A stretch of DNA of 61,197 nt from Nemertoderma westbladi (GCA_032718475.1 JAUCBJ010007761.1:1-61197); one strand, 5' to 3'; shown: positions 35,950-47,734, counted from the stretch's first letter. The notes: generated by a model from the letters alone, not told the origin. A program made the numbers and translations.

Positions 35950-38343
35950 TCATCTCTGGGTTAATGGGAGCGAAAGTATATCAATTGCCACTCGATCGAA
36001 TGGCCCCTCTACTTGTAAGGGCATTAATGGCGGTTTATTTGCACGTCCCGGATTCCGAGTAGCACATTTCAAGCATGAATGAGTCCATTTGAAAATATCC
36101 TTTCGCATTTTTGGCCACCAATATTGTAATTTTAGTATAGACCATATCCGATGATCTGATAAATGTCCCCCAAACCGTCCTCCATGTACTTCCGACCATA
36201 TTTTATGTCTCCAAAGTTGTGGTACTGCCAAACGAGGTTGGCGTGATTTTCCAACATCATCAAATTTATAAAGCAATCCATCTATTACTGCTGTCGAGTT
36301 TCTTTCGGTTGACATTTGGCGAAATAAATCTTCATCATCAGGTAACGCATTCATTTGATGATAGTCAATTAATGCTTTATATAAAGGGTCTACCAATTGT
36401 AGACTTTGTATAACATATGTCTCTTCCTTTAAGTTTGTTTTGGTATCCGACTTTATCTCTGTCTCTTCTTTTGATTCAGATAAACTCTCAGGCCCGTCAT
36501 TAGCAGCAGTACAAGTTCCGTGCATTCGAGATAAAACATCTGCATTCGTATTAGCTTTACCCGGTCTATGGAAAACATTCTCGGGCGAAATATAATCAGT
36601 TAGATCTATCACCCAACGTGCCAATGGGCCTTTTAATTCATGACGACCCAAAAGTAATCCTTTTATTGCTGCGTGATCCGTGTAAACCAATGTTGTTAAG
36701 GCTCTTCCGTATAAATATGGTTTGAAATGATTACAAGCCCATTTAAGTCCATATACCTCCAACTGGGTTGAAGTATATCGTTGTTGAGAGTTCGTCAGCT
36801 GTCTTGAAGCATATGCTATTGGGTGTAATTGACCGTCATCATCAGCTATCTGGGATAAAACAGCCCCAAATCCGGTTTCACAAGCGTCAGTTTCTAAAAT
36901 AAATGGTCTTGAATGATCTGGGTAACGCAATACTGGTGTTGGAATTAACCGTTCTTTAACTTCGCAAAAACTCAATCGTTGGTCCATCCCAAAGCAATAA
37001 GCCGTATTTTTCTTTAATAATGAGGTCAAAGGTCGGACAATCTTTCCGTATCCTTCTATAAATTTTCGATAATAATTCGATAATCCCAGAAAACGTCGAA
37101 GTTCCTTTAGATTCTTTGGTTCTGGAAAGTTTATGATTTTGTCTACAGTCTCTGGATTTGGAAGTAGTCCGTTTCGTGTAACGATGTGTCCTAAAAACTT
37201 AATTTGAGATCTACCAAACTTGCACTTTCGAGTTCTCAGTTTTAAATTTGCCTCCCGTAGCCGATTTAATACTGCTGCCACATCTTCCAAGTGGCTATTG
37301 AAATCCGGTGAACAAATAAGTACATCATCTATATAGACAAAGCATGGTTTTCTTCCATTTACTACCACATCTTTAAGTATTTTCTCCATTGTTCTTTGAA
37401 ACGTTGCTGGCGCGTTGCACAGTCCAAACGCCAAAACAATGAATTCATAGAATCCCGCTGAACATGCAAATGCCGTTTTTGGAATAGCTTCCTCCATTAG
37501 TGGAAGCTGCCAATATCCACTGGCAAGGTCTAAACAAGAAAAATATTTTGATGATCCAAGTTGATCCAATATTTCTTCTGTATGGGGTAATGGGAAGTTA
37601 TCTTTAGTTGTAATGGAGTTTAATTTCCGATAATCGACACAAAATCGAATAGATCCATCCGGTTTAGGAGCCAGTACGATAGGTGAAGACCAAGGTCCAT
37701 GAGCTGGTATAATAACTCCCATTTTATGCATTCTATTAACCTCCATTGCCACTACTTCTTTGAGTTTCTCAGGGATTCGACGGACACCCTGTTTGAAGGG
37801 ACTGCTGTTGCCAGTGTCAAAGTCGTGTTCTGCTATTTCAGTTCTACCGATTTCATCATCCGATAACTGGAATACATCATCATATTCCTTAAGAAGTTTC
37901 AATAAACTATCTTTTTCACTCTCATTAAGATCAGAGTCTGTAAAATCAACATGACTTTCTAACTCAATCTCCCTTTCACCTTTATCTGTGATAAGTGCTG
38001 TAACACCTTCCGCTAAGTTGTCGCTATAAACAGATTTTATCTCAGCCGCATCAAGTTGTACACATGTTCCAACATTAATACCTTCTGGCATCGCTTTATG
38101 TAACTTATCTAGATTTAACACTCCGACCCGCGCATAACCATCTGTTTCTGGTTGAATAATTGCATTACTGGAAGATAATCCAAGATCTTCCAAAACACTT
38201 TGATTAGGTTCAAATAAATATAACTTTGAATTCCCATTGGAATTAAAATTGTTCACTTTAATCTTCAACATACTTGCACTACAAGGTGGTATTTGTTTCC
38301 CAGCCAATAACGCACAAGTACCAACATTCTCACCCCGTCCCAT
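35950..38343 (-). CDS. pol: Gypsy reverse transcriptase, RNase H and integrase zinc finger
   Basis: RFCVDYRKLN, LDLASGYWQ, FGLCNAPATFQ, YIDD, LETDAC, YTDH and NADVLSR motifs, plus HHCC finger. Confidence 0.95.
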   Translation of the reverse strand: MGRGENVGTCALLAGKQIPPCSASMLKIKVNNFNSNGNSKLYLFEPNQSVLEDLGLSSSNAIIQPETDGYARVGVLNLDKLHKAMPEGINVGTCVQLDAAEIKSVYSDNLAEGVTALITDKGEREIELESHVDFTDSDLNESEKDSLLKLLKEYDDVFQLSDDEIGRTEIAEHDFDTGNSSPFKQGVRRIPEKLKEVVAMEVNRMHKMGVIIPAHGPWSSPIVLAPKPDGSIRFCVDYRKLNSITTKDNFPLPHTEEILDQLGSSKYFSCLDLASGYWQLPLMEEAIPKTAFACSAGFYEFIVLAFGLCNAPATFQRTMEKILKDVVVNGRKPCFVYIDDVLICSPDFNSHLEDVAAVLNRLREANLKLRTRKCKFGRSQIKFLGHIVTRNGLLPNPETVDKIINFPEPKNLKELRRFLGLSNYYRKFIEGYGKIVRPLTSLLKKNTAYCFGMDQRLSFCEVKERLIPTPVLRYPDHSRPFILETDACETGFGAVLSQIADDDGQLHPIAYASRQLTNSQQRYTSTQLEVYGLKWACNHFKPYLYGRALTTLVYTDHAAIKGLLLGRHELKGPLARWVIDLTDYISPENVFHRPGKANTNADVLSRMHGTCTAANDGPESLSESKEETEIKSDTKTNLKEETYVIQSLQLVDPLYKALIDYHQMNALPDDEDLFRQMSTERNSTAVIDGLLYKFDDVGKSRQPRLAVPQLWRHKIWSEVHGGRFGGHLSDHRIWSILKLQYWWPKMRKDIFKWTHSCLKCATRNPGRANKPPLMPLQVEGPFDRVAIDILSLPLTQR

Positions 38344-38379
38344 ATTTATTACATTATCTTAAGAATCTAGGGAACACTT

Positions 38380-40218
38380 TTAACTTTTAACACAATTAAC
38401 AACTTCAGATACTTTATTCATAGCCATATATGACAAATTATTTGAAATGTTTTCTCTAACTAAAACTGTTTTTACTGTTGAAATATGAATTCCCAGCCCT
38501 TCAAACGAATCTGTTCCAATCACAAAGTCCTGGTCAAAGTTTTGAACAACAGAAATTTCTGTAAGTGAGGAAACATTATCAACTGTCGCTAAAACCGAGA
38601 ATCTTGCACAAATATCTAACCTGTCTTGTGTCGCTGACTTTAACTCAAGCATATCGGGACCTGTATAAACATCTGTACGTTTTGTTCCTGCCGCCGCAAT
38701 AATTTTCTTTGCTGTATTCACTGAAGCTAGGGTTCCTTGTGAGCCTGAATCGATCAAAGCTGGAAAAACGGAATCCCCAATTTGAACATTATATACACAT
38801 TTAGGACCAAGTCTAGGGTTTGAACTACCACTAGCAACCGCAATATCACCAAATAAATCGTTTAATATTGTTGGGTTTACTTTCCGCATTACTGGATTTG
38901 CATTTCCCTGCTGTCTTGATACCCCGTTATTAGAATAATTACCATTGGTGTCAGTAGGCCGTCCTGAGGGATTTCTACCAGTATTTGGTCTATTCGGGGC
39001 TCCCCCACCTCTGCTACCATTATTATCCATATTTCTCCGTGTATTTGTCCAGTTATTACTGTTAGGCCCGTACAGTATATCTCGAGGACATTGCTCCTTC
39101 CAATGAAATTGATTTCGAAATCCCATTGAGTTGCAAACTTTACAAAAAGGTAACCGATTCTGTTGACTTCTATCAGTACCAGTACTGGTATTATTATTGG
39201 AACCAGTACTAATGCGATTGTACTGGTTATTACCCCAATTATTATGCCTGATATTATCGTAACTGTGTGGATTAGATGAGTTATTTGAGTTTCTGTTCCG
39301 ATTGAACAGGGAAGGATCCGTCGGGTATCGTCTCGCTGACGCGTATTCATCAGCAAGGCTCGCTATTTGGCTGAGGCTACGAGGTTTGTGATCCCTGAGC
39401 CAGATCTGTAAATTCTGAGGAAGGAATGCTAAGAACTGTTCCATTAAAATGAGTTCTTCCAGCGAAATTTCCTCTTCCCCAACATCGAGAGTTTGTTCCT
39501 GAACCCATCGTCGGAAAGTTTCTCTAATCCGCTCCGAAAATTCACTGTGTGATTCGCTATCCTTTTTCCTATCTTGTCTAAACAGCAGCCGTAGTGCTTC
39601 CATGTTAATATCGTACCGCGCACGTATAATTGCTTTAACCAAGTCGTAATTATCTGCTTCATCCCCCGATAATGATGAAAACGCTGCTAATGCCTTTCCC
39701 GTTAACCGACCTCCAAGTTGTGTCGCCCAGACCGATTTCGACCAACCCTGGAGCTTCGCCGTCCGTTCAAAGAGAATTAAGAAATGTTCAATGTCGTCAT
39801 CTTCCTTCAGTGGACGCAACATCGGTTTTGGCGGTTTATCCCGATCATGAACTCCCGAATTGTTTGCAACCGTAGCAGCAAAGTCCGACATCACTTTAGT
39901 GAGAGTGTGTGTTTGTGTTTGTTGTTGATCTAGGACCAGTGAAATCAGTTGTTGTTGCTGTTGTAAAATGTTCTCTAACATAACATTTCCGACTGGACCA
40001 GCTCCTCCACCGCCTGGATCGCCACCTTCTCTCGAATCCCGAAATCCTATACCGTATTGAGACAATAAATCCCGAGGTTGACCGACAAGAAACGAGATTA
40101 AATCTTGCTTCTGTAATCCGCTAATATCGCCGCCGATATCCCGAGTGATATCCCGTAACCGATCATATGTAAACCCTTCCAGGACTTCCTTCAACCCATA
40201 ATTGTTCGCCATCGCCAT
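38380..40218 (-). CDS. gag: Gypsy Gag (SAP-like N-terminus, SCAN-like capsid, atypical zinc knuckle) plus aspartic protease
   Basis: DDIEHFLILFERTA...LTGKAL...YDLVK...EALRLLFR...LILMEQFLAFLPQNLQIWLRDHKPRSLSQIASLADEY; CKVC-x9-H-x4-C; ALIDSGS. Confidence 0.9.
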   Translation of the reverse strand: MAMANNYGLKEVLEGFTYDRLRDITRDIGGDISGLQKQDLISFLVGQPRDLLSQYGIGFRDSREGGDPGGGGAGPVGNVMLENILQQQQQLISLVLDQQQTQTHTLTKVMSDFAATVANNSGVHDRDKPPKPMLRPLKEDDDIEHFLILFERTAKLQGWSKSVWATQLGGRLTGKALAAFSSLSGDEADNYDLVKAIIRARYDINMEALRLLFRQDRKKDSESHSEFSERIRETFRRWVQEQTLDVGEEEISLEELILMEQFLAFLPQNLQIWLRDHKPRSLSQIASLADEYASARRYPTDPSLFNRNRNSNNSSNPHSYDNIRHNNWGNNQYNRISTGSNNNTSTGTDRSQQNRLPFCKVCNSMGFRNQFHWKEQCPRDILYGPNSNNWTNTRRNMDNNGSRGGGAPNRPNTGRNPSGRPTDTNGNYSNNGVSRQQGNANPVMRKVNPTILNDLFGDIAVASGSSNPRLGPKCVYNVQIGDSVFPALIDSGSQGTLASVNTAKKIIAAAGTKRTDVYTGPDMLELKSATQDRLDICARFSVLATVDNVSSLTEISVVQNFDQDFVIGTDSFEGLGIHISTVKTVLVRENISNNLSYMAMNKVSEVVNCVKS

Positions 40219-41388
40219 AGTGTACCGGTATTCTCATCCAAATAAATTAAAAAAAAAATGTTTCTACCCTGCTATCGGTCCGGTAGGTCGGCCTATTTAA
40301 ATTTCCACGCGGTCCGTACGTGTAGTAGAGTCGCTAATCTCGGTGGGAAGTTGTAAACCACCCTCTCCCGCCTCATATCATAATGACACTCATCTTCATA
40401 CAGTCATATCTAATATAATATGTAATAAGCTAAGAATAACATATATACTCCCGAATAACATAACTCTCTGACTGACACCGTACTAAAAACTGTACTATCA
40501 TACTAGCTGACTCCTACCAGTACATAATAATAATCTAACAACTGACTGACCGACTCAAAATACTGTAGTTTTCGGTAATCCTCCTTCACTCCCGTCACCA
40601 CATACAGTACTAGAACGTAAGAGTCTCTACAAATGTAATGCTTAAAGGAAAACGTTAACAAAAGGGTCGATTGAAAATAATAGTAAATTATTACTGTATT
40701 ACAATTAACATTTAATTTTAATACAGTAAATTAATTTTGTGTCTAATTTATTGATATACCAATATATTCGTTCCTAAATATAGAATTGATATCTTTTGGA
40801 TGGTGTAATTTTAGGAATAAATTATTATAATTTAAAATTTATAATAATAAAGGACTATTATTCGTTAAAAAAAGTAAGCAGAACTCACCGCTTTTTTCAT
40901 TGATTTTCAATTTATAGCGAAATTCAACTATTTCTGTCTAGTGTTTTCCGTTACGTTTTTATATAGAATATATTTATTGTTATATTTGAAAAAAATATCA
41001 CCACCGTTACTTATTTGTACCAACGGGGACCAAAATTTTTTGCAATGGGTTTTCGTGGGGGGGGGGGGGGGGTGCTTGGGGACCGTAAGTTGCGACTGCC
41101 GGAGGCCCGAAAATTCATAATCCGTCCCTGGATTTGCCTATGAAGCCTATGAAGCACCGCAAATATGCGAAAATTAATAGCAATAATAATCTTACTGTCT
41201 TTATCACCTCGCAACTTGCAGTATGTGACACAGCTGTACCGTACCCTTTCCACCACCACTACGGTTATTAGAATGAAAGAAAAGAAAGTGTTAATACCTG
41301 CCATAGTGATGTATATTATAATGTTGGTTTATAATAGATTTACCGGTACAAATAAGTTTCTTGGTTAGAATGTTATTTGTTTGTTACA

Positions 41389-42929
41389 CATTCTTTAAGT
41401 GGTCCCACATCGACTCTATACGTTGAGTGTGGGTGCCTGTCGCACTCACCCACTCTACCGTAATGGTTGACGGTTTCATGTATGTAGGTCCCTGTTCCAT
41501 TGGTAGCAGACCACGGGTTGGTGGCGTTTGTTATGCCAACATTCACTCCACGAATCGACCCTTCTTAACCCTATTAGCACTGGGGGGGGGCCGAATCGGC
41601 CCCTTCCTAGTTTTTAGTTGCTGTAACTATGCAACCACATTACGTACCGGCCCAATTTTTTGTGAGAATTAGCCAAATTTAATGCCGCATCTTTTGCAAA
41701 AAACGCCGTTGCAATTGGATTTCTACTTTTCGATGTGGGTGCCACCTCAAAATTTGGTCTCCAGCACCAAATTTTTTGAAATTTTCGAATTTTACAAAGT
41801 CATTCGTGATTTAGTAATTATTTATGTTTGGGCTATTTTTATTTATTTTTATTGGTTTGGATCACTCTAATGTTCTATACAAGTATGTAAGTGTAGTGGT
41901 TCGCCATTTTTGGTGCACCAAAATTAGGGCGTGGCACTTCAAATTTTGAAAAATACGAGATTCGGAAAATACACTAAAGTTTTGATTTCAAATTAATTTT
42001 ATAGGTTTTCTGGAGCGCTGAATCGATTGAAAGTAATATAGAAGCCTCAAATCCTTTGTGTACGTAATTTTCGGTGCACCAAAATTAGGGCGTGGCACTT
42101 CAAATTTTCAAAATTACTTTATTCGGAAAAAACACTAAAGTTTTGATTTCACAAAAATGGCTAACATCTAAGTCTTCAGGCTTCTATATTACTTTCAATC
42201 GATTCAGCGGCCCAGAAAACCCATAAAGATGCGTTGAAATAAAAAAATTAGGGGCATTTTCTGAATATCTAATTTTTCAAAATTTGAAGTGCCACGCCCA
42301 CTTCTTAGGTGCACGAAAAATAGCATCCACTGCAATTTTTGGAAGTGGAATATAATCACATTAGATTCAGCGTCTTGAAAAACCTACTAAATCTAGCCAA
42401 CACTGCCACACTATCAGTTTTTAGAAAACGAAAAATTTTGTAATTTTGTCCTGGGACTACTTTTATTTTTCATCAAAATTATGAGACCCTGCTTATGAAA
42501 TTTTAATTTTTTAAGGTTTGGTAGTGTTCATCTATAGTTGTTTCACCAACAGCCCAAATTTTTTAGGATTTCATTGGACGACTACAAAAATATAGTGGGT
42601 GGGCCGAATCGGCCCCCCCCCAGTGGTGCTAATGGTCAAAACACCCCAGTGGTAATAGGGTTAAACCATGTTCCACAACGTGCAGTTCACTTGTGCTTAT
42701 TAGCACCGGAGCAACGCCGAACTAGTCGCATGAATCCCCTGTCCTTCACCAGCGTAATTTTAGATTGCGCAGTACAACCCGGAAATGGCGGAAAAGGACA
42801 AAGACGTAGGGTTGGTTGCCCATATGGTTGTAGAGTTCGGGGGAGAAGCTCCACTGTTTGTGCAAACTCAATAGCGCGATCCTCAGTGTCGATAAGATTC
42901 CCAATCTCAATGAAATTTAATTCTGCCAT
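41389..42929 (-). pseudogene. Decayed Merlin/IS1595-family transposase interrupted by a piggyBac MITE
   Basis: N-terminal part (42665-42929) ends ...RC....TARCGTWF. After removing the TTAA-flanked insert, shifted frames give YIHETVNH and GTHTQRIESMWDHLK, the ISXO2-type H.TVNH...HT..IES.W motif. Confidence 0.75.
41569..42660. mobile_element. piggyBac-type MITE, complete (1092 bp)
   Basis: TTAA at 41565-41568 and 42661-42664; TIRs CCCTATTAGCACTGGGG / CCCCAGTGGTAATAGGG; internal repeats TTTTGGTGCACCAAAATTAGGGCGTGGCACTTC in both orientations. Confidence 0.9.
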
Positions 42930-43963
42930 GACAGAACACGAGTACAGTTACTAACAGTAGCGCGTGGGCTGGGGGCCATTCTTCGCGTCAGCGGGGGCTA
43001 AAAGTCCCAAAAGTGGGTAGAAAACGTATGACCATTGGACAATATTGGGGTAAAACGGTGCTCAGGGGGTAGAACAAGATACCCATTAGTCGATTAGGCC
43101 CACCACATGGTACACTCTCAGTGGTACAGTGCAGTGAATAAAGACATGGTGGTGAGCTCGATTGGCCGTTTAGCCCAGGCATTTCTAAATAGATACCCAA
43201 TTGGTCGTTTGTCCCCCAGTGAAGGAAACGTGCCTGGTTAATTCCTGTGAGCTCCTAGGCGAATCTGCCCTGAAAGACTATAACGTATAGATAGATACTC
43301 ACAAGACGAGTCAGAACTGAACGAGCAGCTCATTAAATTTATCGGATCGTAGAGTGTGCAGTATGTCGGTGACGTCCGGTATTCCTGTCTTCCAGGATTT
43401 CTGAATGCGTGCATAATTATTATAAAACAAGATTTACACTGTGAACTAAAGTATAATAATGCAATAAATATTTAACAAATAAGAGTTACTGTAGGCTGTA
43501 ATACAGTAGCTATGGGCGAGCCCAGATATTTGAGTCAATCACAACAAAAGCAACAACAAAATATATATATAATATAGATAATAAAAAAATAAATTAAAAT
43601 TATTAAAAAAAAATAAAAAATTATTAATGAATAAATTAATAAATTATTCAATTATTTATTATTTATTATTAATAAGTTAATAAATTATAATAATAATATT
43701 ATATTATATATATAATAATATGACAAAAAGGATAGCTTCCAGAAAATATAGAATTTAGTAATAATATTCCAAATACTGTTAAGTAAGATATTAACCCTAT
43801 TAATACCGGAGCGCCGGGGAGGGGAGGAATGGGGATGGAGTAGGCCTACTTGATTCGCTCCACTCACTCTCCCTATCGACGATTTTTTTTAGGTATAAGA
43901 ATCAAACTGCTTTGCAAATCTGAAAACTACAAATTTTATACGACGTTCCCTTTATGGATAGAT

Positions 43964-44580
43964 CTTTTTACAGAATACAAGCGAACACACCCGAACACAC
44001 TCCAAAAACTGCCTAACACAATCGAACACAGTCGAATATAGAAAGAGCACAAAAAAATAACACCGGGTACCACCTTTTAGATAAAATTAGCCACGCATTG
44101 CTTTTCTATAAGAAAATTCCCGAAATTATTGAATAAAATTGTCGCGAAATTAAATATTAATTTATTTTCAGATCAGGCCTAGCCTAAGCCGACAACTAAT
44201 AATTTAACATAGTAGTAGGCCTAAGTTAAGTGTGATTACCACCGGGACAGAGATCCCTACCGGTACCTGCCACTCTGCCAGGGTGGGTTACCGGGACCCA
44301 GCTCTTTATATTCCAGTGCAGCAGTAGGCAGGTAGGTACCGGTACCTAGTTTGTAGGCTTACCTGATAAGAAATGAATATTTAATTTCGCGACAATTTTA
44401 TTCAATAATTTCGGGAATTCTGTTATAGAAAAGCAACGCGTGGCTAATTTTATCTAAAAATTGGTACCCGGTGATATTTTTTTGTGCTGCTTCTATTTTC
44501 GACTGTGTTCGATTGTGTTCGGCAGTTTTTGGAGTGTGTTCGGGTGTGTTCTTGTGTGTTCGCTTGTGTTCTGTAAAAAG
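43964..44580. repeat. Foldback element with ~210-bp inverted arms
   Basis: 43964-44177 (TTTTTACAGAATACAAGCGAACAC...) is the reverse complement of ~44362-44580, around a ~185-bp spacer. Confidence 0.8.
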
Positions 44581-46843
44581 AACTATCCTCCCTTTATTAA
44601 AGTATAACAATTACCTTTCTTAGATATTACTGTACACTTGTACATGTACAATAACACTTTTGCTATTAGTTTGAGCACATTTTTGAAAATTAATGTAAGT
44701 GTAATATGAATTGTAGAAATGTAGGCCTGCATCTCTACTCCGCATAAGCCTTAACCCTATCACTACGTGGGGGGGGGGGGGGGGGGGGATCGGCCTCTTC
44801 CTAGTTTTTAATTGCTGTACCGGTATCTATGCAACCACATTATGTACCATCCCAGTTTTTTACGAGAATTAGTCAAATTTAATTGCGCATCTTTTGCAAA
44901 AAACGGCGTTGCAATTAGATTTCTACTTTTCAATGTGGGTGCCTCCTCAAAATTTGGTCCCCTGCAGAAATTTTTTTGAAATTTTCGAATTTTACAAGGT
45001 CATTTGTGAGTTAGTAATTCTTTATGTTGGGGCTTTTTTTTATTGATTGTGATTCGTATGGAGCACTCTACTACTCTATATAAGTATGTAAGGGAAGTGG
45101 TACGTCATTTTTGGTGCACTAAAATTACGGCATGGTACTTTAAATTTTCTAAATTGCAATATTCGTTAATTACTCCGAAGTTTTGATTTCGACGCTTTTT
45201 TATGGGTTTTCTGGCCCGCTTAATCGATTGAACGTAATATAGTTGAAGTCTCAAATCGTAGTGGTACATCACTATTATATATTCAGATATTCAGAAAATA
45301 CCACAAGGTTTTCATTTCAACCCATTTTTATAGCTTATCTGGACCGCTGAATCGATTGAAAGTAATATTGAAGCCTCAAGTCTTACTGGTACGTAATTAT
45401 TGGTACACCACAATTAGGGCGTGGTACTTTTTCAAAATTTTGAATAAGTGCCACTCCCTAATTTTGGTGCTCCAAAAAGGACGATCCACTAAGTCTTCAG
45501 GCTTCTATAATACTTTCAATAGATTCAGCGGTCCAGAAAACCTATAAATCTGCGTTGAAATCTCAACTTTGATTTATTTTGCGAATCTCATCTTTTTCAA
45601 TATTTGAAGTGCCACACCCTAATTTTGGTGCTCCAAAAAGGACGATCCACTAAATCCTCAGGCTTCGATAATATTTTCAATCGATTCAGCGGTCCAGAAA
45701 ACCTGTGTTCTGTAAAAAGAACTATCCTCCCTTTATTAAAGTATAACAATTACCTTTCTTAGATATTACTGTACACTTGTACATGTACAATAACACTTTT
45801 GCTATTAGTTTGAGCACATTTTTGAAAATTAATGTAAGTGTAATATGAATTGTAGAAATGTAGGCCTGCATCTCTACTCCGCATAAGCCTTAACCCTATC
45901 ACTACGTGGGGGGGGGGGGGGGGGGGGGATCGGCCTCTTCCTAGTTTTTAATTGCTGTACCGGTATCTATGCAACCACATTATGTACCATCCCAGTTTTT
46001 TACGAGAATTAGTCAAATTTAATTGCGCATCTTTTGCAAAAAACGGCGTTGCAATTAGATTTCTACTTTTCAATGTGGGTGCCTCCTCAAAATTTGGTCC
46101 CCTGCAGAAATTTTTTTGAAATTTTCGAATTTTACAAGGTCATTTGTGAGTTAGTAATTCTTTATGTTGGGGCTTTTTTTTATTGATTGTGATTCGTATG
46201 GAGCACTCTACTACTCTATATAAGTATGTAAGGGAAGTGGTACGTCATTTTTGGTGCACTAAAATTACGGCATGGTACTTTAAATTTTCTAAATTGCAAT
46301 ATTCGTTAATTACTCTGAAGTTTTGATTTCGACGCTTTTTTATGGGTTTTCTGGCCCGCTTAATCGATTGAACGTAATATAGTTGAAGTCTCAAATCTTA
46401 GTGGTACATCACTATTATATATTCAGATATTCAGAAAATACCACAAGGTTTTCATTTCAACCCATTTTTATAGCTTATCTGGACCGCTGAATCGATTGAA
46501 AGTAATATTGAAGCCTCAAGTCTTACTGGTACGTAATTATTGGTACACCACAATTAGGGCGTGGTACTTTTTCAAAATTTTGAATAAGTGCCACTCCCTA
46601 ATTTTGGTGCTCCAAAAAGGACGATCCACTAAGTCTTCAGGCTTCTATAATACTTTCAATAGATTCAGCGGTCCAGAAAACCTATAAATCTGCGTTGAAA
46701 TCTCAACTTTGATTTATTTTGCGAATCTCATCTTTTTCAATATTTGAAGTGCCACACCCTAATTTTGGTGCTCCAAAAAGGACGATCCACTAAATCCTCA
46801 GGCTTCGATAATATTTTCAATCGATTCAGCGGTCCAGAAAACC
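44565..46843. repeat. Near-perfect ~1.14-kb tandem duplication
   Basis: 44565-45703 is repeated at 45704-46843 with very few differences; it includes the left part of a piggyBac MITE. Confidence 0.92.
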
Positions 46844-47281
46844 TATAAAAACGCGTTGAAATCAAAAGATGGGGATATTTTCCGAATATTGTATTTTTAA
46901 AAATTTGAAGTGCCACGCCCACTTATTAGTTGCACGAAAAATAGCATCCAGTTCGATTTTCGGAAATGCAATATAATCACATTCGATTCAGCGTAGTGAA
47001 AAACCTACTAATGCTAGCCAACAATGCCACACTATCAGTTTTTAGAATATCAAAAAAATGTATATTTTGTCCTGGGACTACTTCTATTTTTCATGAAAAT
47101 TATTATACCCACCTTATCAACATTTTCATTTTTTTGGATTGGATAATGTTCTTCGATAATTTTTTCACCCACAGCCCAAATTTGGTAGGATTTTATTGGA
47201 TGATTACAAAAATACAGTGGGGGGGCCGAATCGAGCCCCGCCAGTGCTGCTAATGGTCTAAACACCCCAGTGGTAATAGGG
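45894..47281. mobile_element. piggyBac-type MITE, complete copy (left part duplicated at 44755-45703)
   Basis: TTAA-CCCTATCACTACGTGGGG ... CCCCAGTGGTAATAGGG-TTAA; same family as 41569-42660. Confidence 0.87.
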
Positions 47282-47390
47282 TTAATATTCCGATAACCTA
47301 AAACAAATCAGTCATAACTAGGGCCTACTTAGTAGGAGTTGAAAGCATGAGTTGAGACACCGGCAGGTTGAGTTTCGCTGTGAAGTGAGT

Positions 47391-47629
47391 CTAAAGAACC
47401 AGAGTGAGGCCAGCTGCAGTCATGACGTGGACCAATGAGATGACCAGGTTGTTGCCATCATTGTTGCTTGTTGGGTTGACCTTGTTGTCTTCATCATTGA
47501 TGCTAGCTGTAGATGGGTAGTCCGTGTTGTCTACACCATTGATGCTATTTGTCGTTGAGTCGACGTTCTGGTTGCATTTATAAGTATCGCAGCAGTATGT
47601 GACGCAGTCGGGGTCCTCTACTTCTTGGC
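47391..47629 (-). CDS. Terminal coding exon of a Ly6/uPAR (three-finger) GPI-anchored protein
   Basis: Acceptor TTTCATCATTTACAG at 47630, then QEVEDPDCVTYCCDTYKCNQNVDSTTNSINGVDNTDYPSTASINDEDNKVNPTSNNDGNNLVISLVHVMTAAGLTLVL-stop. This is a CCxxxxCN signature, a polar stalk and a hydrophobic C-terminal GPI-type signal. Upstream exons were not located. Confidence 0.8.
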
Positions 47630-47734
47630 CTGTAAATGATGAAACTAATGTAATTTAATGTACAGTAGTTGAGGTTAAACAAAATCATAGTTTTAATATA
47701 ATTACCCCAATTTAACACACCGATAAGGATTTAA

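Larger units (their letters stand above)
34793..40631 (-). mobile_element. Ty3/Gypsy LTR retrotransposon, full length, single gag-pol frame with three in-frame stops
   Basis: 280-bp LTRs at 34793-35072 and 40352-40631 differing at only a few positions, TG...CA termini, 4-bp TSD AATG, PPT GGGGGGGATG. The three ORFs are in one frame, in the order gag-PR-RT-RH-INT. Confidence 0.96.
34561..41130. mobile_element. hAT-type non-autonomous element, host of the Gypsy insertion
   Basis: 13-bp TIRs CAGGGACGGATTA / TAATCCGTCCCTG; 8-bp flanks GATTTGTA and GATTTGCC match at 6 of 8 positions. Confidence 0.75.
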
